Virus record (IMG/VR): IMGVR_UViG_3300038415_000202
Location: 1-42,500 of that record
From: a virus
Lineage: Duplodnaviria > Caudoviricetes
DNA: 42,500 nt
Direction: 5' to 3' (one strand)
Every line of letters starts with the position of its first letter. Within the stretch, counting starts at the first letter, position 1. A program made the translations under genes and the position numbers. Below, one piece after another: positions 8,306 through 18,215 of this stretch. Under the pieces are notes generated by a model. That model saw only the letters and a program-made list of their open reading frames with translations. It ran no database searches and had not been told where the DNA came from.

Positions 8306-10758
8306 TCCTTTAGGTCACCCCAATTCCGCCCAAACTTAGCTTCCTCTACGAACTCGATGCGATTCCCAGTAATATCACCACTGAACGTCTCCATTTCCGA
8401 CTTGAGGAGTGGAATTACTTCTGGGTCTGCAATATCAAATAGTATGGAGTCATGAACTGGGAATAAAGGTTCAATTCCTAATTTGTGCCTCATTCCATAT
8501 AAGTGAAGCATACAGTATAAGTTAACATCAGAAGCCATTGACTGGATTTTAAAGTTTGAACCTTGCCTATATAACTCACTTTTGTTTTCCCTAGTTATTA
8601 GAGGGAAACGCCTCTTCCTACCGAAGAATGATTCTAGATAACCTTTGGAATGAATTTCTTCTTTTATAGTTTCATTATACCCAGTTACTCCAGGAAACAT
8701 ACTATCTATAATAGCAATTAAATTAATAGCTTCTGGTTTTGTCATCTTCATACCATAGATGAAAGATTCAAGTCCTCGTCCATAAAGTCTTCCGAACACT
8801 CCTGCCTTAGCAGTGGTCCTCATATCTTCCATTCTTGCTTCACCAAAAGCGGTATAAGATACAAGTCTATGAGGATCCTTCATCTTATCAATCTTTGATT
8901 CATTAAGAAGTTGAATAAGTTTCTGGTCATTAGTAGTACAGCAGTAACACCTTAATTCCATCTGTTTCTGGTCAAGTTCAGCAAGATAATGGTCTTTGGA
9001 GTAAGGTACATAAATTCTCTTTATACCTCCTCCACCTTTCTTGGTTATATTCATTACTGAAGGATCTTCGGTTGATAGCCTTCCTGTTACCGCACCATAT
9101 AATTTAGTGATAGGATGTATCTTCCTATCTACAACAAATTTTGCTAGTCCAACTACATAAGTAGACTTAAGTTTAGATATCTGTCTACACCTAAGTATGG
9201 ACTGTACTACAGGTACAGATTCATATTGAGACAGTGCAGCCTTAGCTGTACTTCTACCATATCTCTTTATTACAGGTAGTTCCAAAATGTCATATACTAG
9301 GTGGGCAACTTCTCCTTCAGGTCCTGAAGAATTAGGATTTATAGTACCACCTACAAGATTCCCTAGGTTCTGTAGCTCTTCCTCTAATTCCTCATCTAGA
9401 ATATCATCCATCTGCATAATTGCCATTATGTCTACTGGTATACCTCTTTGTCTAATCTGAGAGAACATATTGGCACAAGGCATTATTAAGTCTTTAAATA
9501 TACCTGAGTTTATTTTCTCCTTGAACCTTTCATAGAGCATATAAGTGCAGACCACATCCATTGCTGCATAGGTATAGAGTTTAGAATCAGGTATTAAGTC
9601 ATAACTACTCTTACTTGTAGGTAAGAAAATCTTTATATCTGACTCCCAATCAGGAGCACCTAAATACTTTCTTGCTAGTGCCTTTAATCCATGAGAGCCC
9701 ACCCTTTCATCTAATTGGATATGAGCAAGCATGGTATCATAAAAAAGGTTAAGATCAGTGAAACCTAATTGTAGAAGGAAGGCAATATCGAATTGTCCGT
9801 TATGGGTTATTAATTTCCTATTCCTCAAGAACTCTTTTGTTTCTTTCCTATCCACAAAATTAGGATGTTGATTTTCAGGATAATAGATAGAACTTTCTCC
9901 TGGAAATATATAGGCTTCATTCACGTTAGGTGCAATAACTAAGCATCTCACTCCATCAGGAGGATCACCATAAGGATATAAACCATTTCTAGTTGTTTCA
10001 AGGTCAAGTACTAAGAATGGGTATTTATCTAATCTATTTAAAACCTCTGAGAAGTTATCTTCATTAACTATTGTTATATTAGGTGGGTTAATTTGTTGGT
10101 AAGAACCTTGAAGGGAACGAAGTCCTTCATCTATCTGTTCAGTGAAATCTCTGAAACCATCAGGATTACTCTTCTGAAATGCCGCAGGGTGAATAGCCGC
10201 AAGTGTAGGTCCAAATTTACCAGGGAATACTCTTCCAGCAAGACTAGTAATTTTTCCTGGAGTATTTAAAAGTACACCTGCAGGTATATTTCCTAATGCT
10301 ACTACTAAGTCAGGACAGTGCCTACTAATTTCTGCTTCTAGTCTAGGCAAACAACAGGCTATAGCTCTATCTTCATCCCCAGATTCCACATCTTTAGGTT
10401 TTTCGCAGAGCATTACATTGGTAAGGTAATATCCAGTATAGCCCAACTGGTTCATTGTCTCTTTAAGTATTCTTCCTGAAGTTCCAGTAAAAGGAAACCC
10501 AGTCTTTACTTCAACATCTGCCGCATATATACCAACTACTACAATCTTATATTCTGTGTCAGTATTTCCATAGAACATTCCAGGTACAGGTCCTACTGGA
10601 ATACGCATCTTGTACTTCTCGAAGGACTCTTTAATCTTTGGATTAACTGTAGGTTTAAAAGGGCATATATCACATCTACAGAGGGATAGCTCATAAGGAG
10701 TAGTCTGGTCCTCTGGATGGTATCCTTCAGTTAGGAAGTCAAATTCAGTCTTTGCCAT
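8296..10758 (-). CDS. polA: DNA polymerase A fused to an N-terminal uracil-DNA glycosylase (family 4)-like domain and a 3'-5' exonuclease
   Basis: UDG-like CDIC, GFPFTGTSG, TNVMLC, VALG, HPAA; exo DLET, HNGQFD, YAAMD; pol TGRLS, DQKQMELR, RTTAKAGVFGRLYG, IQSMASD, VHDS. Confidence 0.95.
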   Translation of the reverse strand: MAKTEFDFLTEGYHPEDQTTPYELSLCRCDICPFKPTVNPKIKESFEKYKMRIPVGPVPGMFYGNTDTEYKIVVVGIYAADVEVKTGFPFTGTSGRILKETMNQLGYTGYYLTNVMLCEKPKDVESGDEDRAIACCLPRLEAEISRHCPDLVVALGNIPAGVLLNTPGKITSLAGRVFPGKFGPTLAAIHPAAFQKSNPDGFRDFTEQIDEGLRSLQGSYQQINPPNITIVNEDNFSEVLNRLDKYPFLVLDLETTRNGLYPYGDPPDGVRCLVIAPNVNEAYIFPGESSIYYPENQHPNFVDRKETKEFLRNRKLITHNGQFDIAFLLQLGFTDLNLFYDTMLAHIQLDERVGSHGLKALARKYLGAPDWESDIKIFLPTSKSSYDLIPDSKLYTYAAMDVVCTYMLYERFKEKINSGIFKDLIMPCANMFSQIRQRGIPVDIMAIMQMDDILDEELEEELQNLGNLVGGTINPNSSGPEGEVAHLVYDILELPVIKRYGRSTAKAALSQYESVPVVQSILRCRQISKLKSTYVVGLAKFVVDRKIHPITKLYGAVTGRLSTEDPSVMNITKKGGGGIKRIYVPYSKDHYLAELDQKQMELRCYCCTTNDQKLIQLLNESKIDKMKDPHRLVSYTAFGEARMEDMRTTAKAGVFGRLYGRGLESFIYGMKMTKPEAINLIAIIDSMFPGVTGYNETIKEEIHSKGYLESFFGRKRRFPLITRENKSELYRQGSNFKIQSMASDVNLYCMLHLYGMRHKLGIEPLFPVHDSILFDIADPEVIPLLKSEMETFSGDITGNRIEFVEEAKFGRNWGDLKDWK

Positions 10759-10759
10759 A

Positions 10760-11473
10760 CTAATCCTTACAATACCTTATAAAGTCTGCCACATTTTCCT
10801 GTACCTTTACACTATTAGACTGGTAATTAAAGTCAAGTTCTAACTTTGAACACTTAGAGGAAAGACTTTTATTCTCTATACCTAATCTAATAGGTAAAGA
10901 GGATACTATACCTCTATAACTCTTATCTATTACTTCATTCCTAAGTACTCCATATATTTCTAAAAGTAATGACTTCTTCTTCTGTATATGTAAAGATTCC
11001 CTAGGACACACTAACTCTAAAGAGGAGGGTACCCCAAGTAGGTTAATCTTGTCAAAACTACCTAGTATTCTGGCACAACTCTCTATTTCTTCTTGTGAAG
11101 AGCCTTGTACTATACCTAAGTATTGGAATCCAGAACCCCTGCCATAATACTTTTCATCTGATGCTATCCAAGATTCAACCCACTCTAATGTTTTACTTTT
11201 ATTAAACTCAACGCAAGGTAGTACTATATGAGTAGGATTAACTACTAGACGAACTGTATGGTAGTCTTTATAACTATATCCTTTAGAACTTCTAGGTAAT
11301 GTAGGAGACCAGTCTAGTAGAACTAACTTCTTTTGGTTAAGAGAAGTTATCCTAGAATAGTATTCGAGATATAAGGAATTATTTACAGCTATCTCACCAT
11401 AGCAGTACTGAATATGAGAAGAGCTAGAATATTTGGAAAGTAGAGTAGTTGGTGAAATTATTCCTATTTGCAT
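10760..11473 (-). CDS. TGT/DpdA-like TIM-barrel paralogue, probably catalytically degenerate
   Basis: Colinear with 23463-24509: LLDWS / IVLPCV..KTL / GIVQGSSQEE / LGVP / GIVSSLPIRLG; two of three conserved Asp and HLLG are missing. Confidence 0.6.
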   Translation of the reverse strand: MQIGIISPTTLLSKYSSSSHIQYCYGEIAVNNSLYLEYYSRITSLNQKKLVLLDWSPTLPRSSKGYSYKDYHTVRLVVNPTHIVLPCVEFNKSKTLEWVESWIASDEKYYGRGSGFQYLGIVQGSSQEEIESCARILGSFDKINLLGVPSSLELVCPRESLHIQKKKSLLLEIYGVLRNEVIDKSYRGIVSSLPIRLGIENKSLSSKCSKLELDFNYQSNSVKVQENVADFIRYCKD

Positions 11474-11862
11474 TAGAGCTCCTTTGAACTTGCTTCCTTT
11501 GGATGACCTTCAGCTACTTCTATATCCCCAACTCCTAAAGATTCCTCAATGCTTCTTCCAATAGCATCTGGACAACTAAGGTAGCCTTGCCCCTTTTTCC
11601 TAGAGGGAGGTTGACTCCCAGCACACCTTATACCTTTAAGTTCTTTAACTATATCATCTGCAGCTACCCCATTCCTTAATGCCAAGGAAATTAATCTACC
11701 CACAGCCTCTATCCATGCCCTCGTGCATTCTCCAGATCTACCCATGTGCATCATAACTTCCAAGGGCAGGTTAACTGTTACAAACAAACTGCCACAGTGG
11801 GGCATCTTTACTCTATAAGTTATTCCATTTAAATCTTTTGGGCGTCTCGCCGCTTCACCCAT
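11473..11862 (-). CDS. Stand-alone TSCPD-domain protein (class II ribonucleotide reductase C-terminal / NrdJb-like)
   Basis: CGSLFVTVN, EAVGRLISLALR, LKGIRC, SCPDAIG. Confidence 0.85.
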   Translation of the reverse strand: MGEAARRPKDLNGITYRVKMPHCGSLFVTVNLPLEVMMHMGRSGECTRAWIEAVGRLISLALRNGVAADDIVKELKGIRCAGSQPPSRKKGQGYLSCPDAIGRSIEESLGVGDIEVAEGHPKEASSKEL

Positions 11863-11869
11863 TTGTTAA

Positions 11870-12355
11870 TTACCTCTTACTCTTCGACCACATCTTGATT
11901 AGTTTACCAGGTTCAAATCTATCGAAATCCACAGTATACTTTCTCTTTGACCTATACTGGGCCAAGTCACCTTGTTTAACTCTATATCTTAAAGAAGAAT
12001 CTTGTGAACATTTATTCACTTCACAGAAGTGCTTCTCTAAAGTATCTAGGTAGTCTTTAGGCTTTTTACCATTATGTACTTCAACTACTGACTTACCCCA
12101 ATGCTTTATATCATGGCAGTATTCACAGATACAATGGACATCTTTTAGTTTCTGAATCTTCTTTCTTTCATCATAAATCCACTCTTCATGGCAATGTAAT
12201 CTTCTGTTAATACAACCACAGATTTCACAGGAATAATTACTCTTCTTATATACTTCCCTTCTAAAGGTATTCCAAACTTCTGAAGGAAGTACATGGGCAA
12301 GACTTATTCCCCAATTACACTGAGGAATAGGTTCGATAGTTAATTTTAGGACCAT
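11870..12355 (-). CDS. HNH-type endonuclease-like protein
   Basis: CEICG..LHCHEEW...CEYCHDIKH; start moved to MVLKLTIEP, overlapping the upstream stop. Confidence 0.75.
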   Translation of the reverse strand: MVLKLTIEPIPQCNWGISLAHVLPSEVWNTFRREVYKKSNYSCEICGCINRRLHCHEEWIYDERKKIQKLKDVHCICEYCHDIKHWGKSVVEVHNGKKPKDYLDTLEKHFCEVNKCSQDSSLRYRVKQGDLAQYRSKRKYTVDFDRFEPGKLIKMWSKSKR

Positions 12356-12540
12356 AAAAATATTGCAATTAGAGTTAAGAATGACCAAAGAAGTGATAGA
12401 AGTAGAGCTATTTCTCTTGCTTTGAAATCCTTAGGGTATTGGGCTATTGCTTCTAAAAGGTTACTTAAGTACTTAGTTTCTAATACAGCCTTCTCTAACT
12501 TCTCTTCCTCTGTAAGTTTCTTCTTCCAAGGTAGTTTCAT
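12346..12540 (-). CDS. Small C-terminally anchored membrane protein
   Basis: C-terminal hydrophobic helix. Confidence 0.55.
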   Translation of the reverse strand: MKLPWKKKLTEEEKLEKAVLETKYLSNLLEAIAQYPKDFKAREIALLLSLLWSFLTLIAIFLWS

Positions 12541-12550
12541 TTAGATATCC

Positions 12551-12835
12551 TTACTTAATCCTTTTTATAACTACTATATTTACATCTTCGTGGTAGGACC
12601 TAAATTCCTTCTTAGTATCTTTGCTCCAATTTCTAATTGAGGAAAGTAAGGAGCACATCTTTCCGGGTCCTAGGCAAGAGTAATTAGGATGTACTACCTT
12701 TAAGGTATCACCAACTTTCATCTCACTTATTGCTTTCCTCTCTGGTGAGAAAAGTCTTTCCCTCTGTTTTGAAGATTTAGGGTCCCAAGTTGTCCTTACT
12801 GCTGCGAATTCCTTGTCACATTTGTGTAGTTTCAT
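12551..12835 (-). CDS. Hypothetical protein
   Basis: Start overlaps the queE stop. Confidence 0.6.
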   Translation of the reverse strand: MKLHKCDKEFAAVRTTWDPKSSKQRERLFSPERKAISEMKVGDTLKVVHPNYSCLGPGKMCSLLSSIRNWSKDTKKEFRSYHEDVNIVVIKRIK

Positions 12836-13515
12836 TAGACTCCTTTCTTATTTCCCCAAATAAACTTATGGATTTGAAGGCTGAAGGTTAAGTGCCTTTC
12901 TACACAGAAAGACGCAACCACAGGTAACCATTCATAAGACTTTCTATTAATCCTATCATTTAGGTCAAATTGGATACAGGGGGATATTAGAACTTGGGAA
13001 GTTCTATTCTTACACCTCACTAGAGTATTCTCGACGAATTGGATATCATACCTATCTTCAACAACAAATTTGACCTGATCCTTACTAGTTAAGAATAACC
13101 AGTCCTCAAGAGACTTTCCCGACATTCCAGATGATGGACACTTAATATCTGCATTCCAACTGTCAATCCTTTGTTTCCAAGAGGGAGGAAGATATGTTCC
13201 ATTTGTCTCTATAGTTATCTTCCACCCCTCTACATTTGACAAACCTATAAACTTCTCCAGATTACTGCTCTGGAGTAGAGGTTCCCCTCCAGTTATGCAA
13301 ATCCAATCACCTTTTCTTGTAGGTAGTGCTTTAAGTTTAGATACTACCTCAGTTACAGACAACTCTTCAAACTTAGAATCTGCTCTACTTGCGTAAGTAG
13401 TATCACACCATCTACAATTTATATTGCAGCCTTTCAGTCGGAGAAAGGACATAGGTTTACCTGCATATAATCCTTCCCCTTGTAAAGATCTGAATATTTC
13501 ACTTACCTGTAGCAT
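12835..13515 (-). CDS. queE: 7-carboxy-7-deazaguanine synthase (radical SAM)
   Basis: EIFRSLQGEG, FLRLKGCNINCRWCDT, ITGGEPLLQ, IETNGT, SLQIHK. Confidence 0.95.
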   Translation of the reverse strand: MLQVSEIFRSLQGEGLYAGKPMSFLRLKGCNINCRWCDTTYASRADSKFEELSVTEVVSKLKALPTRKGDWICITGGEPLLQSSNLEKFIGLSNVEGWKITIETNGTYLPPSWKQRIDSWNADIKCPSSGMSGKSLEDWLFLTSKDQVKFVVEDRYDIQFVENTLVRCKNRTSQVLISPCIQFDLNDRINRKSYEWLPVVASFCVERHLTFSLQIHKFIWGNKKGV

Positions 13516-13996
13516 TGGTTGGACCCTCGTCTAAATATTCTTTCCCCTCTTCTTTAGTATTCTTTCGATTCTTCGGCTCCCATACTCCAACCAGTTTGAA
13601 TGACTTAAAGGCAATCCAGATTCCCAGTGCAAATACTGTAATTAGATACCAGGCACAGCAGATATTAACCATAACATGGTTAAAAGTAGTATCTTGCTTT
13701 ACACTATTTATAAAGTATACATTCATTGCAGGCCAGAACAGTTTATCATAAGTGATTAAAATCACTGCCAGGTAGATTAGTATCCATACCGCTGCAATTG
13801 CGAAGAGGAATATGCGGGCCAGTAGAACTGATGTTCTTCTATCTTTTGGTGAAGTAGTTGTGAAAAGGTCCTTGAGGGACTTCCTCGATAGAGATTTAGG
13901 TAAAACCTCTTTAGATTGGTCTGGAGGAAGGGAAACTTTAGATTGTGATTGGGTATTCCCCACTTCTTCTTTTGTAAACTTGAACGGATTTTTCAT
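13499..13996 (-). CDS. Two-TM membrane protein
   Basis: Two hydrophobic segments; AGGTAGG RBS. Confidence 0.65.
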   Translation of the reverse strand: MKNPFKFTKEEVGNTQSQSKVSLPPDQSKEVLPKSLSRKSLKDLFTTTSPKDRRTSVLLARIFLFAIAAVWILIYLAVILITYDKLFWPAMNVYFINSVKQDTTFNHVMVNICCAWYLITVFALGIWIAFKSFKLVGVWEPKNRKNTKEEGKEYLDEGPTNATGK

Positions 13997-14014
13997 TGTT
14001 TCCTACCTTTCTCT

Positions 14015-14350
14015 TTATGCGTATGTTATCAACAGACCTACTAATACTATGACTATCATTAAAACTACTAGTATTCTAGTTCTTCGTGACCACTTTGGTA
14101 GAATAGAAGCTACTGCTCCTACTCCCGGAAGCTTATCTGCCCAAGATGCATAGTCGCCCTTTTTATGCCTCTGGGCCAACTTCTTCTCCATTTGTTCTTT
14201 AGTCAAGTATACTGATTGTACCTGACTTCTCATATGGTAGAAGTCGAACCAGAATAGTATCGGATTCCACTTTCTGTCGCATTTTATACAGTGAGGTTTA
14301 GTGAAAATGGAGTCTACTAATCCCCCGCAATGCTTATGAGTAAATGCCAT
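14015..14350 (-). CDS. Zn-ribbon protein with C-terminal TM anchor
   Basis: HxxC...CxxC; C-terminal hydrophobic helix; start overlaps the queD stop. Confidence 0.65.
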   Translation of the reverse strand: MAFTHKHCGGLVDSIFTKPHCIKCDRKWNPILFWFDFYHMRSQVQSVYLTKEQMEKKLAQRHKKGDYASWADKLPGVGAVASILPKWSRRTRILVVLMIVIVLVGLLITYA

Positions 14351-14730
14351 CAGCAGTCCTCCGGGTAAATAGTTGCTAGGCTATTTGGTGTTTCCCAAAC
14401 TTCCACTTTCGACACTTTTACAGTACCTAGTACTTCCTGTGCAAAGGTAAGTATATGCTTACCTATGTTCTCTGCAGTAGGAGGAAAGTCTTTAAGGTCA
14501 AAAGGAGATTTTTCATTAAGAACATAGTGGTCAAACTTATCTTCTAAAGGTACTATAACTAAGTTCTTAAGTAAGGAAAAATCCATTACCATACCTACTT
14601 TTGGTTGTGTCTTACCAGATACTGTTATTCTGATTGTCCAGGTGTGACCATGGAGACGGCTGCACTTACCAGGATAGTTTGGTAAAAAGTGTGCTGAGTC
14701 AAGAGTAAATGTTCTTGATACTTCTGCCAT
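14350..14730 (-). CDS. queD: 6-carboxy-5,6,7,8-tetrahydropterin synthase
   Basis: SAHFL, CSRLHGHTW, GMVMDF, FDHYVLN, PTAENI, VWET. Confidence 0.96.
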   Translation of the reverse strand: MAEVSRTFTLDSAHFLPNYPGKCSRLHGHTWTIRITVSGKTQPKVGMVMDFSLLKNLVIVPLEDKFDHYVLNEKSPFDLKDFPPTAENIGKHILTFAQEVLGTVKVSKVEVWETPNSLATIYPEDC

Positions 14731-15161
14731 GTTAAACTCCCTCTATAAAACTTCAGTTAAAAGGAAAACTTTATTCCTTATCTTCAGTAGATTTTTCTGG
14801 TTGCTGGTCCTTCTCTTGACTCTGTTTCTTCCATTTCTTTGACCAGACAACTGTCGCACCTATACATACTACAAGTGCAACTACTCCTAAAATGATTGCT
14901 ACGATACCGTGCATGTTACCTCCTTCTTATTCTTCTCTTAATTGAATCGAAAATCAGTACTAAAGGCCAAATTGTAAGTGATAGTATACAATTTGCTGTT
15001 AGAAAGTATCCCAATAGAACGTATAAAACGAAGCCAAAAGATATAGTTAGTAAAATGAAGCCATATTCCATCTATTCTTCTTCACCTCTATACATAATTA
15101 CTGCTATAACAAGGTTTATGACCATGATAATATCGGCACCTATCCACCAACCTATACTCAT

Positions 15162-16160
15162 TTATTCTTCCTCATTAATCTTATAAACCCGCATTTGAGA
15201 AACTGGTTTACTAGTTTTCACTTTTGGTAGATTCTCTGCTCCAAATAACTTTATGAACTTACCCTCATCAAAACTGCTCTTTGGGTAGATACTTCTTATA
15301 ACCTTATGATTATCAAGTAGAAGTTGCTTTGCATCGCCTAATCTTTTAGAGAATACTTCTCGGGCTTCATCCTTCATGAACTTGCCTAATGTTTCATAAT
15401 ACTTGCCCTTCTCATACTTCTCTTCAACATCGGGCATAGAATCTTCTTCTATATCAGATAAGTCTACTGTAGTTTCTTTTTCTCCCCAACATGGGGTACT
15501 ATCTCTACATCCCTCACACATATCTATCTCTAGAGGAGAGGGAATGAAACTTCCTTCAAGAATTCTACAGGTAGTTTCAATTATTGGGTGTATCCAATCA
15601 GGTTCATACTTTATCTCTATATCATGAGGATTAGAATCTTCCTTATGTTTGAAATAAGTCTGGATAGAATCAATACCTAATTCTCTCCATTCCCAACTAT
15701 CCATATAACTTTGGACTTGACATCTAATACTTTGGTGTTTCTCAAGTCCAGATGACTTTGCATTTGAAAATCTGGAGAAGTTCATACCTTTTATCTCCAG
15801 ACCACGAAGACCAGAATTTAGAACTAAAATACCATCTGGATGACCTGGAATAAATAAACGTCCAGTGTGAACTACCATCTGCTGTTTACCAGTATACAAA
15901 ATGGTAAATCCAGCATGACGCAACCAGTAAAGTACAGACTGTTCCTGAAACTCTCCATCTTCCATAAGTAATCTAGATTTGGGAGCAGGTTTATGAGCAG
16001 AAGGATTTTTATTTGCCTCCTTAAATCTATCTATATTGTACTTAGTTTTCATTGGACAAGGAGATACTAGAGATAAAGAGAAATATTCTCTAGTAGAATT
16101 TGGACGGTCATCCATACTTGCTAAAACCGCTGCCGAAAGGAATCCAGTATTATCTATCAT
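15162..16160 (-). CDS. Cas4/RecB-like PD-(D/E)XK exonuclease
   Basis: N-terminal CP, GHPDG, LEIK, QVQSY, C-terminal CEGC....PC cluster. Confidence 0.8.
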   Translation of the reverse strand: MIDNTGFLSAAVLASMDDRPNSTREYFSLSLVSPCPMKTKYNIDRFKEANKNPSAHKPAPKSRLLMEDGEFQEQSVLYWLRHAGFTILYTGKQQMVVHTGRLFIPGHPDGILVLNSGLRGLEIKGMNFSRFSNAKSSGLEKHQSIRCQVQSYMDSWEWRELGIDSIQTYFKHKEDSNPHDIEIKYEPDWIHPIIETTCRILEGSFIPSPLEIDMCEGCRDSTPCWGEKETTVDLSDIEEDSMPDVEEKYEKGKYYETLGKFMKDEAREVFSKRLGDAKQLLLDNHKVIRSIYPKSSFDEGKFIKLFGAENLPKVKTSKPVSQMRVYKINEEE

Positions 16161-16393
16161 CTATCCATCCTTAGTCTAAACCATAATCCAAATGCTATGG
16201 AGAGGGCTCCTAACCCAGCAAATACTTCTATAGATACTATACTTTGGTATATAATAGCTCCTATCGTCATACCAATAATGCAAAACATTAGTACTACTAG
16301 GGAAATTGTAAGTAGTATTGCATACTTTTTCATCTAGACCCCATCAGAACAAGTTCAACTTGTTGACAGGGAGAATAACTCCCTGTTTCGGTC

Positions 16394-17305
16394 TTACTCC
16401 TTCGACTTGGATTCAGGTTGAACTGACAGTGCCTGCATTATCTGACTCTTCATATCAGTTACTCCACCTGGAGTATAAGGTATAAATACTACCTTATCAT
16501 GCCCACTCTTTGCCATCTCTGACATGACATCGTAGTGCTGAGTCATTACCATAAGGCTCATTACTTCCTCTGGATTGACTTTGAGTCCTCCTACCATGTT
16601 TCCTATGGCCTCTGACCAACCCTTTGTTATCTCTTTCCTCTGGTTGGCAATACCAATACCTGCCTGCTTCTTTGCCTCAGCATCTGCCTCTGCTGCCTTT
16701 ACTACAAGAATCTTATTTGCCTCTCCCTTATAGTTGGCAGCGGCCTGAAGTCTCTGTTGGGTATTGATTTCATTCATAGCTTCTGCTACTTTACTATCTG
16801 GTATAATATCAGTAAGTAGTGCAGTATGAATTGTGAACCCATACTCCTTCATCTTAGTTGCAAGTGTGTCCTGGACCTCTTTAGCAATTTCATCTTTTTT
16901 CTCGAATACCTCGTCCAAGGTCATTACCGGAACCTTGGCACGAATGGTATCGAACATATAAGATTCCATCTGCTTACCAGGATTAGTCAGTTTATAGAAG
17001 GCATTCTTTACATTTACTTCCTCTACCATAAACTGAACTGCGATTTTAAGGTCTACAAAGACGTTATCTTTTGTCTTTGTCTTTACTATAGGATCCAGTT
17101 CTTGGACTCTCAAACTTACCCTACCTGCTATACTATCGAAGTAGGGAAGTTTAAATTGTAGTCCAGGACGAACTATTTTCTGGAACTTACTGAATCTTTC
17201 GATTACCGCATTTGTCTGTTGTTCTACCGTGAAAATCGGCTTTCCTGCAAGGACAGCTAGAATTAGGAAAACCACTATTCCTGCAATAACATATACTGCT
17301 ATCAC
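16394..17305 (-). CDS. SPFH/band 7 membrane protein
   Basis: N-terminal TM, IERFSKF, TKTKDNVFV, LDEVFEKKDEIA, AMNEIN, AEADAEAK; GTG start at 17305 after AGGAGG. Confidence 0.92.
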   Translation of the reverse strand: MIAVYVIAGIVVFLILAVLAGKPIFTVEQQTNAVIERFSKFQKIVRPGLQFKLPYFDSIAGRVSLRVQELDPIVKTKTKDNVFVDLKIAVQFMVEEVNVKNAFYKLTNPGKQMESYMFDTIRAKVPVMTLDEVFEKKDEIAKEVQDTLATKMKEYGFTIHTALLTDIIPDSKVAEAMNEINTQQRLQAAANYKGEANKILVVKAAEADAEAKKQAGIGIANQRKEITKGWSEAIGNMVGGLKVNPEEVMSLMVMTQHYDVMSEMAKSGHDKVVFIPYTPGGVTDMKSQIMQALSVQPESKSKE

Positions 17306-17315
17306 CAAAACCTCC

Positions 17316-17651
17316 TTATTTTTCCCAAGGTATAAAGTATCCACTCTCTCGATGGTCTTTTACCTTTGGGTTATTTGGATTGGAATTACTTTTCCCTTTT
17401 AGAAACCTTCGAGAATGTTCGTGCTTTGCTACTCCACTTGAAAAGAAATTTTCTGCTTCTTCTCTACTTCGTTCTCCTTTCTTTTCTATTCCTACTTTCT
17501 TATTTTTCTTATGTTTATTATAGTGAAATCCTCTTCCTATAAACCATACCGCAGCAACTATAATTAAGGTAAAGATTATTATAGGAAGTACTGTTCCAAC
17601 TAGACTTGAGTTATCAGAAAAGATACTAGTATTCATTCTTGTCTCCTGCAT
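17316..17651 (-). CDS. Single-TM protein with basic tail
   Basis: N-terminal TM, Lys-rich C-terminus. Confidence 0.55.
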   Translation of the reverse strand: MQETRMNTSIFSDNSSLVGTVLPIIIFTLIIVAAVWFIGRGFHYNKHKKNKKVGIEKKGERSREEAENFFSSGVAKHEHSRRFLKGKSNSNPNNPKVKDHRESGYFIPWEK

Positions 17652-18172
17652 ATCCTAAGTCGTTCCTGTCTGTAGAGAAGGGTAAAGATATCAGGACTGT
17701 TTAAATCTAAACCTTCTTTTAAAGATACTACCCTTAAGGCAGAGGATACACCTACTGAGTTCATAGAATCGATTAACCTTTCAGGTTTAACTATATCAGG
17801 AACTTTGAATCTAAGGCAATCCTTGGGACGAAGCCTTGCTATTGCGAACTTGGAATCAGGAACATAATCTACTGTCCATATATCTACAGTATTAAACCAT
17901 CCTGGATCCCGATATTTACCATCATAGATTATTTCAACACTCCAGTGCATAGATTTGAGTGCTTTTACTAACTCACCCATACCTATTCGAGTAGTATCTT
18001 CTCCACAGAAACATATCCAGGAAGTTTTAATATTAGGATATAAGTCTGTTACCAGCTCTTCAAGTGTGGTATACGACCTACCTGTTCCTAATTTGACAAA
18101 GGTAGTCATAACCCCCTGGTTAGGTCCTTCTGTCCTAACATCTTCATAGATTCTGTTTACTTCGATTTCCAT
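17633..18172 (-). CDS. QueE-like protein lacking the radical SAM cysteine motif
   Basis: RIYEDVRTEGPNQGVMTTFVKLG matches the QueE N-terminus; WICFCGE matches WICITGGE; DCLRF matches DQVKF; CxxxCxxC segment absent. Confidence 0.65.
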   Translation of the reverse strand: MEIEVNRIYEDVRTEGPNQGVMTTFVKLGTGRSYTTLEELVTDLYPNIKTSWICFCGEDTTRIGMGELVKALKSMHWSVEIIYDGKYRDPGWFNTVDIWTVDYVPDSKFAIARLRPKDCLRFKVPDIVKPERLIDSMNSVGVSSALRVVSLKEGLDLNSPDIFTLLYRQERLRICRRQE

Positions 18173-18215
18173 TTAAACCTCCAGGTTATTTCCCATAAAA
18201 AGTCTTTGACTAATT

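Noticed and set aside
868-10758. 2-aminoadenine (Z-genome) system suggested by HD hydrolase, MazG-like enzyme and polymerase
   Set aside because: No PurZ/adenylosuccinate synthetase homologue in the window.
15162-16160. Cas4-like gene as sign of a CRISPR-Cas system
   Set aside because: No cas1/cas2 or array; solo Cas4-like nucleases are common phage recombination exonucleases.
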